Below, in pieces: positions 11,321 through 24,950 of a stretch of DNA of 64,000 nucleotides. Each line of letters opens with the position of its first letter. Positions within the stretch are counted from its first letter, which is position 1. Under the pieces are notes generated by a model that ran no database searches, was not told the DNA's origin, and saw only the letters and a program-made list of their open reading frames with translations. Source of the DNA: Octopus vulgaris (lineage: Eukaryota); NCBI GenBank assembly GCA_951406725.2, contig OX597815.1, positions 101,122,001-101,186,000 on the forward strand, read 5' to 3'. The position numbers and the translations under genes were made by a program.

Positions 11321-12039
11321 CAGGTTTAAAGAATGTAGTTTACTGTGATAGATTTGGCAAAGTATTTAGTGTGGAGGTGAGGAAAAAGAGGTGTCTGGTT
11401 ACATCAGAGGACTGGCGGCTTTCTTGTTTCAGCAAAAGCAGAGATGGAAAGACAACGACTTCAAAAAGCACTTTGATAGGTTAATAGCATAATAGGAATG
11501 ATGGCTGAAAGGCACCTCTGCACAGAACTACCTTATAGTAGCAGCAGTTGTTGCAGCATGGATGGAAGACACATCTCCACATGATATTGTATTATGTACT
11601 CTGTTGTCTTTTGACTTTAAATGAACTTGGTTCTTGGATGTATTTGTCATACTACATAGTTCTAGGATGCGTGCATTGGGCAAATGCAGCAGTTATCATC
11701 ATCATGATCATCATCATCATAATTCAACGTGAGCAAGCTGGCAGGAGTTGGGTGGTTTGATAGGATCTGGTTACAGAACTGCCTCAAGCTCCAGTGTCTG
11801 ACATAGTTTCCACTGCTTGATGCCCCACCTAACATCAACCATTTTTACCTTGAGTACTGAATCTTTTTTTCACAGTGCCCACATTTGGGAGGTTGTCAAG
11901 TAACTTGTAAGACAAATGAGTGGATTGCTCTAGTGAATGAGGCAGCTTTATACTATGTCGTATAGGAGCTATACGACAAATACAACGAGGGCAAATCGTT
12001 GGTCTGAAATAGGAGTAACTACACCCCCTCAAAAGGTAA

Positions 12040-14481
12040 GAACAAAACTCTTGATCATTTCTGTGAACACATCTCGAATTACCCATATCAACATGTGCAC
12101 AAACAAAAAACGCAAACCAAACTTCAGCAAAAAAGAATGGGCTGAGCTGAACAAATTAAAAGATGACAAAACAATAATCAAAGAGGCTGATAAAGGGAGT
12201 GCAGTTGTCTTAATGGACACAATATTTTATATAACTTTAGTACTATCCATATTGGAAGACACAACATATTATGGAAAAGCCCAACACTACAATCAGCAGA
12301 AAATAATGAGAGACCTAAAATCCATGTTAAACCTATACAAAGAAGGGCTTACCGACAAAGAATATGACTTTATGACCAATTTCAAAAGTAAAACCAGCCA
12401 ATTCTACGGTATTCCCAAGATACACAAAAGTGAGAAAATAAGTAACGCTTGCAAGATAACCACAGACATAATAATTAAAGTCCCTACTCCTAATGTCCTC
12501 AAATTGAGACCTATAATAGCAGGTCCCGCATGCGAAACCCACCGCATCAGTAACTTTTTAGATATCCTCTTAAAACCATTCCTCAAGCATGTCGAAAGCT
12601 ATATAAGGGACGACTTGGATATGCTCAATCACCTTCCTAAAACAATAAACAAAAATACCCTACCAGTATCCTTCGACGTATTCAACCTCTATTCCAATAT
12701 CCCCCACAACCTAGGAATAGAGGCAATTCAATTTTGGCTAGAGAATTACGCCAACGAACTCCCACATCGCATCAAAAAAGAATTCGTGATAGAAGGGCTA
12801 AAATTCATCCTGGAAAAATAACTACTTCGCCTACAAAAACAACTTCTACTGACAAACATCGGGGATTGCGATATCCTAGTCATGAGATATCTAGAAATTA
12901 GTCTTTATCGTAAGGTTTTAGAAAGATACGGCAGCACTTTCTCCCTCTACATAGAAAATAACTGGAAGAGATACTTGACTGTTTCATTCTTTGGCATGAA
13001 AATATAGAGAAACTTAAAGAATTCCAAGCACTTTTAAATGGACTTGATGTAAACATTCAATTCACGATGGAATATAGCCAGCAACAACTTTCCTTCCTCA
13101 ACGTCCTCATTAAGAAATCTAACAATGTAATAGAAACAGATATATACTATAGATTCCAAGCAATATCTACCATTCAACTCATACCACCCCAGAATGAATA
13201 TCCCCTTCAACTTAGCAAAAAGGATATGTACTATAGTTTCTAATGCAAACACTAGAGACACATGACTACATGAACTAAAGGATACACTCATCACCAGGAA
13301 CTATCCACCTTCACTAATTGACATATGCTTTCAAAGTGCCCTTCTACTCAACATCCAGGAACTCAGACATCCCAAATTAAAGAAACATTTACAACCAAAA
13401 GTCCTACCATATATCTCCACACGCAACACTCTCAACAATGAAACTTTCGACACCATCCTCCAAAACATACCCCCTGCTAAAAAAGGACCACAGAATGAAG
13501 TCAATCCTCCAAACACACACCATCATAAAAAGCAAGAGACAGCCCAAATCTACGAAAAGTCTCCTAACACAAGCCGGAATACGTTCAACAACACAGAAGC
13601 CGTCAGTAAAAAAAATGCGGAAGACCCAACTGTGGGATATGCATCAATTTAATTGAAGGATCAGAGTTCTCCTTCAAACAGGGACAACGTTTCACAGTGA
13701 AAAGCAACTTCACATGTACTTCGGAGAACCTAATTTACGCACTAACCTGCTCTAGGTGTCAAGAGCAATACATAGGTCAAACAAAAAACAGTCTACGTAA
13801 AAGAATGGCTCTGCACAGATCCCAGATCAAAATTCCCCAGAACAGAAAAATAGCATTCAGCCAACACATAGACATTTGCGCCAATAACAGAAATCAAGCT
13901 TCAGAATTTTTCCCCTCTACCAATTCAGGGACGATACAACCTGGAGCCAACGAATTAGTAAAGAGACTCTATTACAAAATACAGACCCCTTTTGAACGCA
14001 TCTACGACAAACAACTTATCTACCACGGCCTTAGAATAACACAGATACACACGCAAATATTAAAAATGATACACTCAAGAGATTCCCAAGAATTCATTAA
14101 AAATAAGTCCCAATCACTGCTATAATCCATAAGGTGCCAATTTTAAGTCATTTGAACATTTATCACCATACTACTTTCACACTAACTACATTCCTTTTTA
14201 TTCTCCCTTCTTCTTCTTCTTCTTCTTCTTCTTCTTCCCTACCAAGAATTCAGAACGACCTCGAACCCACAAGAGTAAACAAGAGAGGCAGAGACAGGCA
14301 GAAACAAGGAAAATGCAACTTGTATTTGAACACTATACAAATATTCTTTTAAAAACCTTTCTTTTAATTTTTCCAGATTTAATTGTTTTCCATACAGTTG
14401 AAAAAGTCTCAATGACTGAAACCGGTACTAAAATATTTTTTTATAAAATTATTTTAGCATTTTCTATCTTGACTTTTTTTC

Positions 14482-14485
<4 letters not shown>
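12040..14485 (+). mobile_element. Penelope-like element (Neptune-type), 5'-truncated and frameshifted: RT, Cys linker, GIY-YIG, terminal repeat
   Basis: NFSKKEW..IKEADKGSAVV, FYGIPKIHK, LRPII, SFDVFNLYSNIPH, WKRYLD at ~12962; CGRPNCGIC linker at ~13616-13643; NLIYALTCSRCQEQYIGQT..LRKRMALH (GIY-YIG) from 13697; 3' repeat 14270-14485 recurs at 60520-60740. Confidence 0.9.
14396..14429 (+). ncRNA. Minimal hammerhead ribozyme, U3-A8 core variant
   Basis: ag-TTGAAAA-agtc[tcaat]gact-GAAA-ccgg-TA-ct. Perfect stem II, palindromic ACCGGT stem III, only 2 bp stem I. Confidence 0.65.
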
Positions 14486-14529
<44 letters not shown>

Positions 14530-14534
14530 TACTT

Positions 14535-14878
14535 GAGCCTAAATCGTTTGAAACGCAAGCCCGAGACCATCCCAACTGGTGGTGTTCTATCACCATGGGA
14601 ACCAAAATCTTCGAAGCCACCAGTAGAGAATAGGAGAAATCAAACGACAAGAGAGAAAGGCTCGACGAAATCATCTTCGTCCTCCACCAACATTACCATG
14701 CAGTCAATGCCATCGACTCTTCCATGCAAGAATTGGTCCACAGAGTCATCAACGGAATGACCATAAAGGAAGCCTTCAGCAAAGAAGAAAATAGATTCTC
14801 TGATACGAGGTAAAGCCGCCATCGTCGCCACCGCGACCATCGTCGCCTCCCCCACCCTTAACGATGACGACGACGATA
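14535..14878 (+). mobile_element. RTE (BovB-like) LINE 3' end
   Basis: FETQARDHPNW...FEA...KRQERK, then a C-x2-C..H finger-like (QCHRLFHARIGPQSH) and a GAT/GAC tail. Confidence 0.7.
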
Positions 14879-14879
14879 T

Positions 14880-14922
<43 letters not shown>

Positions 14923-15810
14923 TACACACATACACTCACACACACACATACACACATGTATATATGTGTGAGTGTATGTGTACATATAGTATATAAATAC
15001 TTGTTTTAAGGTTAAAAAAATAATTTTGACATCGACATATTGATTTTCTCCTGTCTGTTTACTGGATAATTAAGTTTAATAATGGTATTTATATTCCCAA
15101 TATGTATACTTGCTCTTTATTTTATTCTATCAGTCAAAGTAGGTCTATCACTGACGAATCGTCACGTACTTAAATTTATGTAGATCCATGACTGGATAGA
15201 AGAAATACTTTAGAACAGTAGTTCTCGAAGCAGATAAAGCTATAACAAATAACATGTATATATATAGGGCCAAAACCCCACTTTAGATAGAAAAAGTCGA
15301 ATGCTCAAAGGGTTTGTTAACCCATTTTTGTAGCTTTATCCGCTTCGAGATCCACTGTTCCACAAAATAATTATTTTATGTTCTCTCGAAGTTCATAAAT
15401 TCGTTAACAAAATATTTTAGAATTGAATGCCATACGCAGTAATCTAAAACTGGATTCGAAAAAAGGCAAGTCGAGTGAGTCTAATGAATAGACATACTTT
15501 CTCGCCTCTCTACCTATTTTGTCACTACTATACTAATTCTACTGAAATCTGTTATATTCGCACCGCCTCTTACACTTTACCACTCTCAGATTGTCTGGTA
15601 GTCACCTCAACCAATCTTTCCTTCTGTGAACACTATTATAAAGGTGTTCTAACTGAATATCAGCCACACCGATCGCACCTGTGTTACAGGGCCCTGCTCA
15701 TCTCATTGTAACTGTTCGGACTGCTTAATTAGATCTATAATAATACATGTTTGATTTTCTTACAAAAAAAAAACAAAACAAACAAACAAAAAATATTTCA
15801 TTAACACGTG

Positions 15811-15836
15811 GGTTCTATGGTGTAATGGTTAACACC
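15811..15836 (+). pseudogene. 5' fragment (nt 1-26) of a tRNA-Gln gene
   Basis: GGTTCTATGGTGTAATGGTTAACAC matches the metazoan tRNA-Gln 5' end (GGTTCYATGGTGTAATGGTTAGCAC); D-stem GTGT/ACAC intact; no 3' part seen. Confidence 0.7.
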
Positions 15837-18512
15837 AATAATTATTATTATTTTACTTCTCAGAACGTTCGGTCTTGTTTGTTCTAATAGATTCTGTGAG
15901 AGCGGACAGCAGCCTGCTGTCAGAGGTTTCACAGGGTCTCCTTTCGCTTTGATACTTGGTTGTTAATTATCGTGGGAGTCTTTCAACATCCAAATACCAA
16001 TCTCAACATCCTGGCGGTCCCCAGCAGAATAGTTTCTTGGGCTTGCTCTGCTCTCATGTCAATTCCGATTTCTCGAACTTAGTTGTTAGTGCTTCGCGTG
16101 CGCCTACACATACTGGAATGACAGACACTCTCCTCATAGGCCACATTCTTGCAATTTCGTCTTTTTAGTAGTCTGTATTTTTCATTCAATTCTAGTTCTT
16201 TGTCACTTTTGCATCCATCTTTAGGCATTGCAATATCTATGGTCTTGGTTTCCTTTTCCCTTTATCTAGCACAATATCTGGTCGCCGAGCATCGATTAGG
16301 GAGTCACATTGGATTATAAAATTCCACAGTATCTTATGTTCCTTGTTCTCGGTGACTCCTGGTTCATGTTCGTACCATTTCTGTGCTTTGTTCAGGCCGT
16401 ACGTTTCACATGGCCTCCAGTGAACGAACTTAGCCACTTTATCGTGCCTCCTTTTGTAGTGCTTTTGAGCCAGCTTGTTACAATCACTCACAATATGTGA
16501 GATTGTTTCGTTTCTGCTGCAACACATCCTACAAAGGGGTGACTCGCTACTCTTATCTATTTGGAACTTGGTGTAATTAGTTCTCAGAGCATCCTTACTT
16601 TTTCTTAGTCATCTCCAAGTGTTGATCTTGGTTTTTCCTTCGATTTCTCTGAGGTATTGTCCATGCAGTGGTTTCATTTTCCAGCTGTTTGCTTCTTCAT
16701 CTTGTTTCTTAAATGTTTGTGGGTGCATCACATTTTTGGTATGTATTATATTGTTAATTCTAACAGCAGTAAGCAAGGATTCATTCTTCTGTTTGATGTG
16801 CTACCCCAGACTATTCTCATTGACAATACAGATCTTGCATCCTAGGAGACCTCTTCCAACCTCTATTTCTAGGCACATACAGTCTGTCATTATCACTTTT
16901 GGGGTGTAGTTCCTTGTTAATTGTCTACACGTTTCTAGTTTTTTTGTCCATTTCCTCCGGCTCGTTCTTTGTTCACCTAACAACACCTGTCCCGTATCGC
17001 ATTAAGGAAACAACCCGTGTGTTCTTTGCCCTGAGTTTGTTTTTTTCATTGAGTCTACTTCCCATAACTAACTTGGTTCTTCTAAGATATTCTAAAATTT
17101 TAAGGTTTTCTAAAATCCACAGGTATTTATATTCAATAGTCTCAATATCTTTGATTTTCTCGCCGCTGGGTAGCTCTACACCATTAGACGACACTGTTTG
17201 CCTCTTTGTATTATAAGCATACCACACTTTTTAGTCCCAAATTCCATTCCGATATCCTTACTGAGTATCTGTACTGTTGAAGCTAGGCCATTTAGTTCAT
17301 GTTCGGTCTTTCCAAAGGTCTTTAAATCATCCATATATAACAGATGATTTCATTTTCCTTCACTTTTCAAGGTGTATCTCGATGTCACTTTCCGTAGAAT
17401 CTGTGTGAAGAGTATCGTACAAATCACAAACAGCAATGGTGATAGACTATCTCCTTAAATTATACCTCTCTTTATGTTAACCCGCGCCAAAAATTTTCCA
17501 CGTGAAGTTAACTCTGTATTCCAGTTTTTTAAAAATAAAATTAGATGTTTTCAGACACTTGTACCAGCTCAAGACTTTCTAAAATTCGGGGAACAGGGGA
17601 CCATGTCATACGCTTTCTTATATTCGAACCACGCCATGCCTAGATTAGTAAGTCTTTTCTTGCTGCCGTTCAGTACCATTCTGTCTATCAGAAGCTGGTT
17701 TTTGGTCCCTCGACTTTTCCTTCTGCACTCTTTCTGTTCCACTGGCACTTTGTCATTCATTTCCAAGAAGTTTTATATATAATTAGATATTATTCCTGTC
17801 ATCAGCTTCCACATCAGGAGCAGACAGCTGATAGGTCGGTAATTATCAACTATATTGCCTTTGGTGGGATTTTTTTGGCAAAGAATTGTTTCACTTGTGG
17901 TCAACCACTTTGCGATTTGTACACCGTTGTTGATAATTTTATCCATATATGTGGCTAGTCTTCTGTGTAGTGCTGGGAATTTTTTCAGCCAATATCCTCG
18001 TACCCCATCCAGTCCTGAACATTTCAAGTTTGGGATCTTTGTTGTCTGTTCGGTTATCATTTCAGTCGTTATTCTAATATTGCTCTATTTCACTTCACAT
18101 ATTTCTGACCTTTATTCCTTCAACCATTTAGCATCTTTGTTATGCTTTCTTCCATTATCCCAGATGTTACACCAAAACCTTTTACTTTCTTCAGCATCTG
18201 GTCTCAAATTGCTGTTAACCTTTCCGTTCAGCTGCTGATAAACCCTTTTCTGGTCTTGTTGGAACTATCTGTTCGATTCTTTGGTCATATCTCTTGATCT
18301 TTGTCACTTTAACCTGCGATCTATGTTTCAGCTCTTCAAGAACTACATTTAGCTCCTTTTTCTTTATCCTATAGCTACGTTCTAGTTCCTTATATTTCTC
18401 CTTCTTCTTGATTTCAGTTTTTTCTTTCCAAGATGTTGATATGTTTTCGTAGTTCGTTCATTGATTGTTTCATTCTACTTTTCCACCAAGGTTCTTTTTC
18501 TTCATTCCTGAA
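15837..18512 (-). mobile_element. R4/Dong-clade non-LTR retrotransposon (RT, CCHC, restriction-like endonuclease), decayed
   Basis: [53 protein letters not shown] at ~17320-17343, CRMC..ETISHIVSDC..RHD, RPDIVL; short (AAT) tail at 15837-15853. Confidence 0.9.
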
Positions 18513-18513
18513 T

Positions 18514-19045
18514 TTACAGTTTGACATTTTGTTGGTGGCTCTTGAATAAATACCCAGCCTTTGCTTTCCTCAGAATCAGTGATAGTCGTATCATGCACGG
18601 TATAAAGATCAGTGGCGACAGAAGTCCTCTTGGAAGATGCTCGTCCTGATTTCCATTGTCCCTAAACTTCTTCCATATGCTGTTAGTTCCGTCCTCCAAT
18701 TCGCCATACATTTTCCAAGCAATCGCTCAACATTCGATGTAATACCAAATAGGTTCATACATTCCATAATCCAAGAATGTGAGATCATATCGTACGCCTT
18801 ACGATAATCGATCCATGACATGGCTAAGTTAGTTTTCCTCCTCTTGCAGTCTCTAAGTACAATTTTGTCTACCAGGAATTGATCCTTGGTACCTCTGCAC
18901 TTACGCTTGCAACCCTTCTGCTCATGTGGCAGGACTCCATTTTTTTCAGATGTCCGTACATTGACTCTGCGATTATTCCAGTCAATAATTTCCACATAAG
19001 TGGCAAGCAGGATATAAGCCTGTAATTCTCTACCGTATTGCCGTT
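18514..19045 (-). mobile_element. Second R4/Dong RT fragment (different family)
   Basis: [46 protein letters not shown]; duplicates domains already present in 15837-18512. Confidence 0.85.
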
Positions 19046-19059
19046 TTCGATGTTTTTCG

Positions 19060-19186
19060 ATCGAGGTCGATCTTGCCTTTCATCCTTTTGGGGTTAATAA
19101 ATTAAGTACCAATGAAACACTGGTGTCGATGTAATCAACAAGTACCCATGCCACAAAATATCAGGTTTGTGCCTATAGTAGAAAGG

Positions 19187-19222
<36 letters not shown>

Positions 19223-19250
19223 GTTATTATTGTTGTTGTTGTTGTTACTA
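19060..19250 (+). mobile_element. SINE family C 3' part with (TTA)n tail
   Basis: gcctttcatccttttgggg..aattaagtacc...gtagaaaggattattatt; also at 38420-38660, 48800-48995, and on minus at 24190-24410. Confidence 0.75.
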
Positions 19251-19329
19251 TTTTAGGGCGCATGGCTTAGTGGTTAAGGTGTTCAATTCCTAGACCGGGT
19301 TGTGTGCTGTGTTCCTGGAGCAGGTGAGG

Positions 19330-21580
19330 TATTGTGGTCTTTTATATTTGCATCGTTTTGTAACAGAGTTATCATATGCAGAGGCAAATCAATTGATACA
19401 CCAGCTAGTATGGTGACTGTTTTGGTTTCCAATTCCCACATTTGACTTTCTCTCTACTCTTATCTTTATATTTTAATAGTTCCTCTATTTCTTTTAGAGA
19501 TACGCTGTTGCTAGGTTGCTTGTTGGAATTGATACAACGGTGAGAAGACTTATATTTCTGACTTTCATTGACAATATCTGGTAGATTTTTTAAAATCATC
19601 ATGTCTGTATGAATGGCTCTATCTGAGAATATAGTCACTTCATCATTCTTTGAAACCTGTTCAGGTGTTGGTTTGTATAAAACCTCTCCGTCGGTATTTC
19701 ATAATGATAGTTTCCAGGGCATAAGACTCTCAAATCTTCTATATTTATACACTCGAATTTGGTTATGTGCACAGACAGAAACAGTGAAATTGTATTTTTT
19801 TTTTACTTCTCCATTCTCAGTAATTACATTTTCTTACCAAGGTCTTAGCATCAGATTTTGTATTTAGTTTCACTTAGTGTTACAATTAGTGTTACTTTTT
19901 GAAAAAAAAACTTTTGTTATTTTAAATTTCTTTTCTATCACTCCAGTCCTTACTCCAGTCCTGTATTATATCTGTTGTCTTCTTTGGGACAGAAAACAGT
20001 TTGTTTTGTTTTGTTTATGTTTATAGCTCTTTGTATTAGTTTCCTTTTGATATACACGAGATATTTCTGTGCTCCTACTGTAAAGATATATTAATCGTTT
20101 TCTAATTGTAAAACAGCTTACTCCACTTCATTCATGTTAAACATAATCTTTCACTGTCGGCTTTTGAACAGCGTATTCTAGATATAATATTTATTCTTTT
20201 TGTCCGTCTGTCTAATTTAGTTGTGAATATAAAATAAATTAGTATTGGAATAATCAGAGTATTGGTGTCAATAACATTACTTTTGTTAAATGTTTTATAC
20301 AATATTCTTTTCTAACTTCCATTGTATTTAAGTTCATGAATTCCCTAACAACTTGGAAGCTTAAACAGTTGTTATAAAATACCCTCTACTATATATTGCA
20401 TACTCTTATCAAAGCTTTTGCTAAACTACTACTACTTCCATATTCCTGATCATCACATGTAAAAGCCTCCAGTTGAACAAGGCATTCTGAAGTGTGCCAT
20501 CATTCTTAAACGGTTTATTCCAGCATTGTTTCTATACTCACTCAAACTCTTCAACATCAGGAAGCTCACATCTTCATTCTTCTAATCTTTGGTTCTTACT
20601 TTGATGAGCAGTTATTCATGTTTAAATACATGCGAATCTTTGCTGTTTCCTTTTGTTCTAGGAGTGTTTTTTTTCCGGATAAGCATTTATCTGCGATAAT
20701 ACTGTTGTTGAACCTTTGTTCGACAGGCAGGTCTAGAGGTTTTGTGATTTGTTATTTCTTTAGTTTCTGCAATTAAGGTGTTGTTTATGGCCCTTTCCAT
20801 AACTCATTGGATATTTTTTCACGCAATTTGTCGTTGTCTGTTTCATATTTCAACTAAAAGTTTTTAAATTCATCATTTAGTTCTTAGTACAGATATTGGT
20901 TAGAACTGGTTGTTTATTTAAAGAATCATTGTCGCGTTTTCATATGAATAGATTCTTTACAATTTAGTGAAAATCTCTAGTTTTAGTAACTTTGTGATTA
21001 CTGATGTGTTTTTTAAATATATTTTGTGTTGTATTTTTTGCATCTTTCTTTTCTTTTGTTTCTTTTCGTTGTTGATTTCATTAAGAATCGAAAAATCTTT
21101 TCTTCCTTTTTTTCGTACGTATGTTCACTTCCTACTTTTAGCTCGAGTTCCTTTATGAATAGTTTTGAGAGAATACCCACATCCCTAATCACTGTGGAGA
21201 CTGCATACTACTTTGTTCATCTAATATTGAAGTTCTCATATATTTTCATTAAACGTACAATAACCAAGTTTGCATTTTTATTTTTGCTGGAATTTCTTAA
21301 TTATGATTTACCTTTGTAAGGGTCTTTAGTTGGCTCATAGGAAAATCTATAAGTTTTAATATCTTAACTATTTCCACTTTTTGATTAGTTTCAAGATATA
21401 TCGTACGGATGCTCTGGGATGCATCACCAGTGATGTTCCTGGTGTCTCAGGGGTTTTGGGTCTTTCAACTTTTGACCCCTTCGTCCAGTTGATCCAGCCA
21501 GAGTTGATCAAGTCCCAGCTTGTGTCCTAGTAGCGGCAGACCACCGGACTGATCTGGGGGAAACTTAACTGCTATGTTCA
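19330..21580 (-). mobile_element. Highly decayed R4/Dong-like remnants (endonuclease piece and N-terminal/5' region)
   Basis: IHTD..NLPDIV at 19405-19638; fragmentary K/R-rich N-terminal similarity at 20300-21350; many stops. Confidence 0.4.
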
Positions 21581-21751
21581 ACAGGTCGAATAATCACATA
21601 GATGTTTACTTGTGGTGGCCAACCGGCGATTAGTTTGACCGCTAACAAGGCACAACTTACACTAGGAAATGGACATTAACATATGGAAACATATTAAGGT
21701 ATTCCTTAAGCAGCATTCTCAACATTGTCTTTAAAAGAGAGTGAGAGGAAG

Positions 21752-21831
<80 letters not shown>

Positions 21832-22449
21832 TCATTTCAAAGTCTATGTGAGTGCTGTCAAACTCCTTTGGTTTTCGCAGATTGAACCATAAGCTAGATC
21901 TCGTGGGTAGGATACGAACAATTATTCCACAACACTGTTTACAACATATAAATTATAACAACTTTATTAATAGTCAAGAAAGTACATGGGTTGTTAGCAA
22001 AGTTTGTACGGAGAGATGTGTGTAAAAAACTCCTATTAAGTAAGAGCACTGAAAATGAGATTTGAGTTAAAACGTTCTTAGGTAAATGCAAAAGGTTTTG
22101 TGAAGACAAATATTTGACCGAAAGCTTGTACACTTTCAATTGAAAAACATTTCAATATCATTCATATTCGGACGAACACAGAAATAAATTAAAGAAGAAA
22201 AAAAAGCACCACCAAAATCTAAATATTTTCGTTTGTATAGGTAAAGCAAAGGGGAAACAGAGCACATGCTTCAGTGTATCTCTCTTCATTGGCCGAGGTA
22301 ACAAAAGATTCTTTAAAATGTGCTAGTGTGACTAACAAGAATCAGTGTTCATCACGGTTCTCCTTAATCTCCCACCCTATATATATATTACAGAATAATT
22401 TGAAATTAAACAATAATAATATAAATCTATATAATTGAGCCGGAGATCA

Positions 22450-22494
22450 TACACACACACGCACACGCACACACACACACGCACACGCACACAC

Positions 22495-22541
<47 letters not shown>

Positions 22542-22556
22542 CACACACGCATACAC

Positions 22557-22631
<75 letters not shown>

Positions 22632-22907
22632 CACACACACACACACACGCGCACACACACACATGCACACACACGCACACACAGTGCAAATGATTATGAC
22701 TCCGCACTTAATGTTACATTTGGAAAATTTCCACTTTTCTACCCTACCAGGGCACTTATGAATATGTATATATATGTCCAATATATAAATACAAGTACAT
22801 ATATACATACACACACACGCACGTGCACACGCTCATGCACATACGCTCGCACGCACACACGGGCGTGGTTTCGCACACACACATATATATATATATACAC
22901 GCACGCA

Positions 22908-22942
<35 letters not shown>

Positions 22943-22950
22943 GCACGCAC
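22450..22950. repeat. (CA)n/(CACG)n microsatellite block
   Basis: Directly visible. Confidence 0.95.
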
Positions 22951-23499
22951 ACACTCTTTCTTTCACTTATGAGTTTGCGTTTTCTCTCTTGATATAGTTT
23001 GGCTTCTGTTTCACTCTTTCAATTCCAAATTGTATTGTAATGGCTTTCTAAATACTTTTATTTCTATTTCCCAATGCTTCTTATGACGACGAAGTATACA
23101 AAATATGCTACTCTAACACACACACACACACACACACGCACATGTATATTAAAGTAGTATAGAACAGTATAGTTTATATGAAGCATTGGGGAATAGGAAT
23201 AAAAGTGTTTAGAAAACCATTGCAATGCAATTTGGAATTAAGTGATATATATATATGCGTATATATCATTTACACACACACATCATTTATATGCAGATAT
23301 GTATGTACACGTGTGTGTCGTGTTTGTATGTACGTATGTGTGTGTGTGTTTGATGTACTCCCCTTAAAGAATGAGTTATGATAGATCAGCAAAATGGGTA
23401 AAATATAGTTAGTAAAAACCGATAAATGCTAAGTAAAAATAGAATTGATAAAAATTTGATAAAACATAATAAAATTGCAACGAATAGCAAGATCAACCT

Positions 23500-24950
23500 T
23501 GGACTTGCGGCAGAGTTGGCGGATTTGGTTGACATGTTTATCTGGAAGGAGCCTTTACTGTAGAATGGAGTGTATTGTTGTACTCATCTTTTCTCGAAAC
23601 TACGAGCTTTGCGAAAGCACTTCCTGCGCTTGGTTTGACGTTTGAGTGATAAGTACTCCCAAAATTGAGGAATAATTTCCAATAGTCTCACCTCTTCTTT
23701 AATTTTATCTTTGTAGTGAAACTGTGGTTTTTCAATATGTCAGGAGGAGATTTGAAAGCTGTTTATAAAGAAATGTTTGGCGGATTCTAGTATGCTCCTT
23801 GAAAATGACGTACCCCAGCCAGCGTATTTCTGTTAGTAACAAGAAAATTTCAAAATCATTTATATCATTTACTTTTCTAAGATTATGCAATTTGATATCA
23901 TTTATATCCTGGTGTTGGATATATAATTTAATATGGCAGTGGGGAAAGAAAGTATTTACATGACGCAATACAATCACTATTATACGAGACTCAGCGCTCT
24001 CAGTCAACGGCTCACAGTAAACTGCTTACCAATGCGAACTGCTAATCGCTCACAGTTCTTTGTTTTATAACAATGAGTCAGTCCGCCTTTAGTCAGTTGG
24101 TGTGTGCGTGTGTGTGTGTGTGTGGGGGGTCGGAATCCTTCCACAAGAGTATCTTTTATTCCCATGATTATTGCCAATCCCATGGTTAAATATTGGTTTC
24201 TAATTTTGGGTCAAGGTCAACAATTGGGGATGGGTGGTAAGTAGATCACATCGTCTCCAGTGATCAACTGATACTTAATTTATCGACCCCAAAAAGATGA
24301 ATGGCAAAGCCACCCACGGCAGAATTTGAGCTCAAAACCCACAGACTGGCGGAATGCCGTTAAGCATTACGTCTAGCATGCTAACGATTCTGCCAGCTCA
24401 CCGCTTTCCCATGGCTAAACATTGATTGCAGTTTTTGTGATGATAATGGTAAGATGTATGTCTTGGAAAGTCTATTTACGAAGTCTCGGTTTCCTCTTGA
24501 TGAACTAGTACCGAGTGCACAGTTATCTGCAAAGACTAGCACACATATCAGCTCAGACATTTTGATCTCTGCATTGAACAGATCTGTACTAAAATAAAAC
24601 TGAATATTTTTATTATAATTTCAGTTATCAAAGGCATATCAGAGAGAAGACGCTGGCAAATAATAACGTTGCAAGAACGCAGCTTTGTTTAGTTCCATTT
24701 GAAACATGAAACGAACCAGACTATTGGTCATCAGAATTACAATTACTATCATATCCTCGTGAAAGAAGATAACCTTTTCCATTTTATTTGGAATACTCAG
24801 TGTCAAACTCTTTATTAGGTCTATGAAGGTCATGTAAAATTCCGTATCATGTTTTTGAGCTTTCTTTTGAACTTACATGAATAAAAAAATCGTATCAGCT
24901 TTCCTAAGTCCAGATCGAAATCAATAGCCAAAGACTAGGAGAATTAAAAT
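23500..24950 (-). mobile_element. Old RTE LINE RT remnant, interrupted by a SINE C copy at ~24190-24410
   Basis: Minus-strand FRSG...QEK...MTFIDL.K, NGTKQSCVLATLLF, FADNCAL (YADD-equivalent), RWLGYV. Confidence 0.65.

Noticed and set aside
11937-12821. 294 aa ORF as a host gene or telomerase-like RT
   Set aside because: It is the RT of a frameshifted Penelope-like element with a downstream GIY-YIG domain.
21400-21580. Possible HDV-like ribozyme at the 5' end of an R4-like remnant
   Set aside because: GC-richer with small hairpins, but I could not build the nested double pseudoknot.
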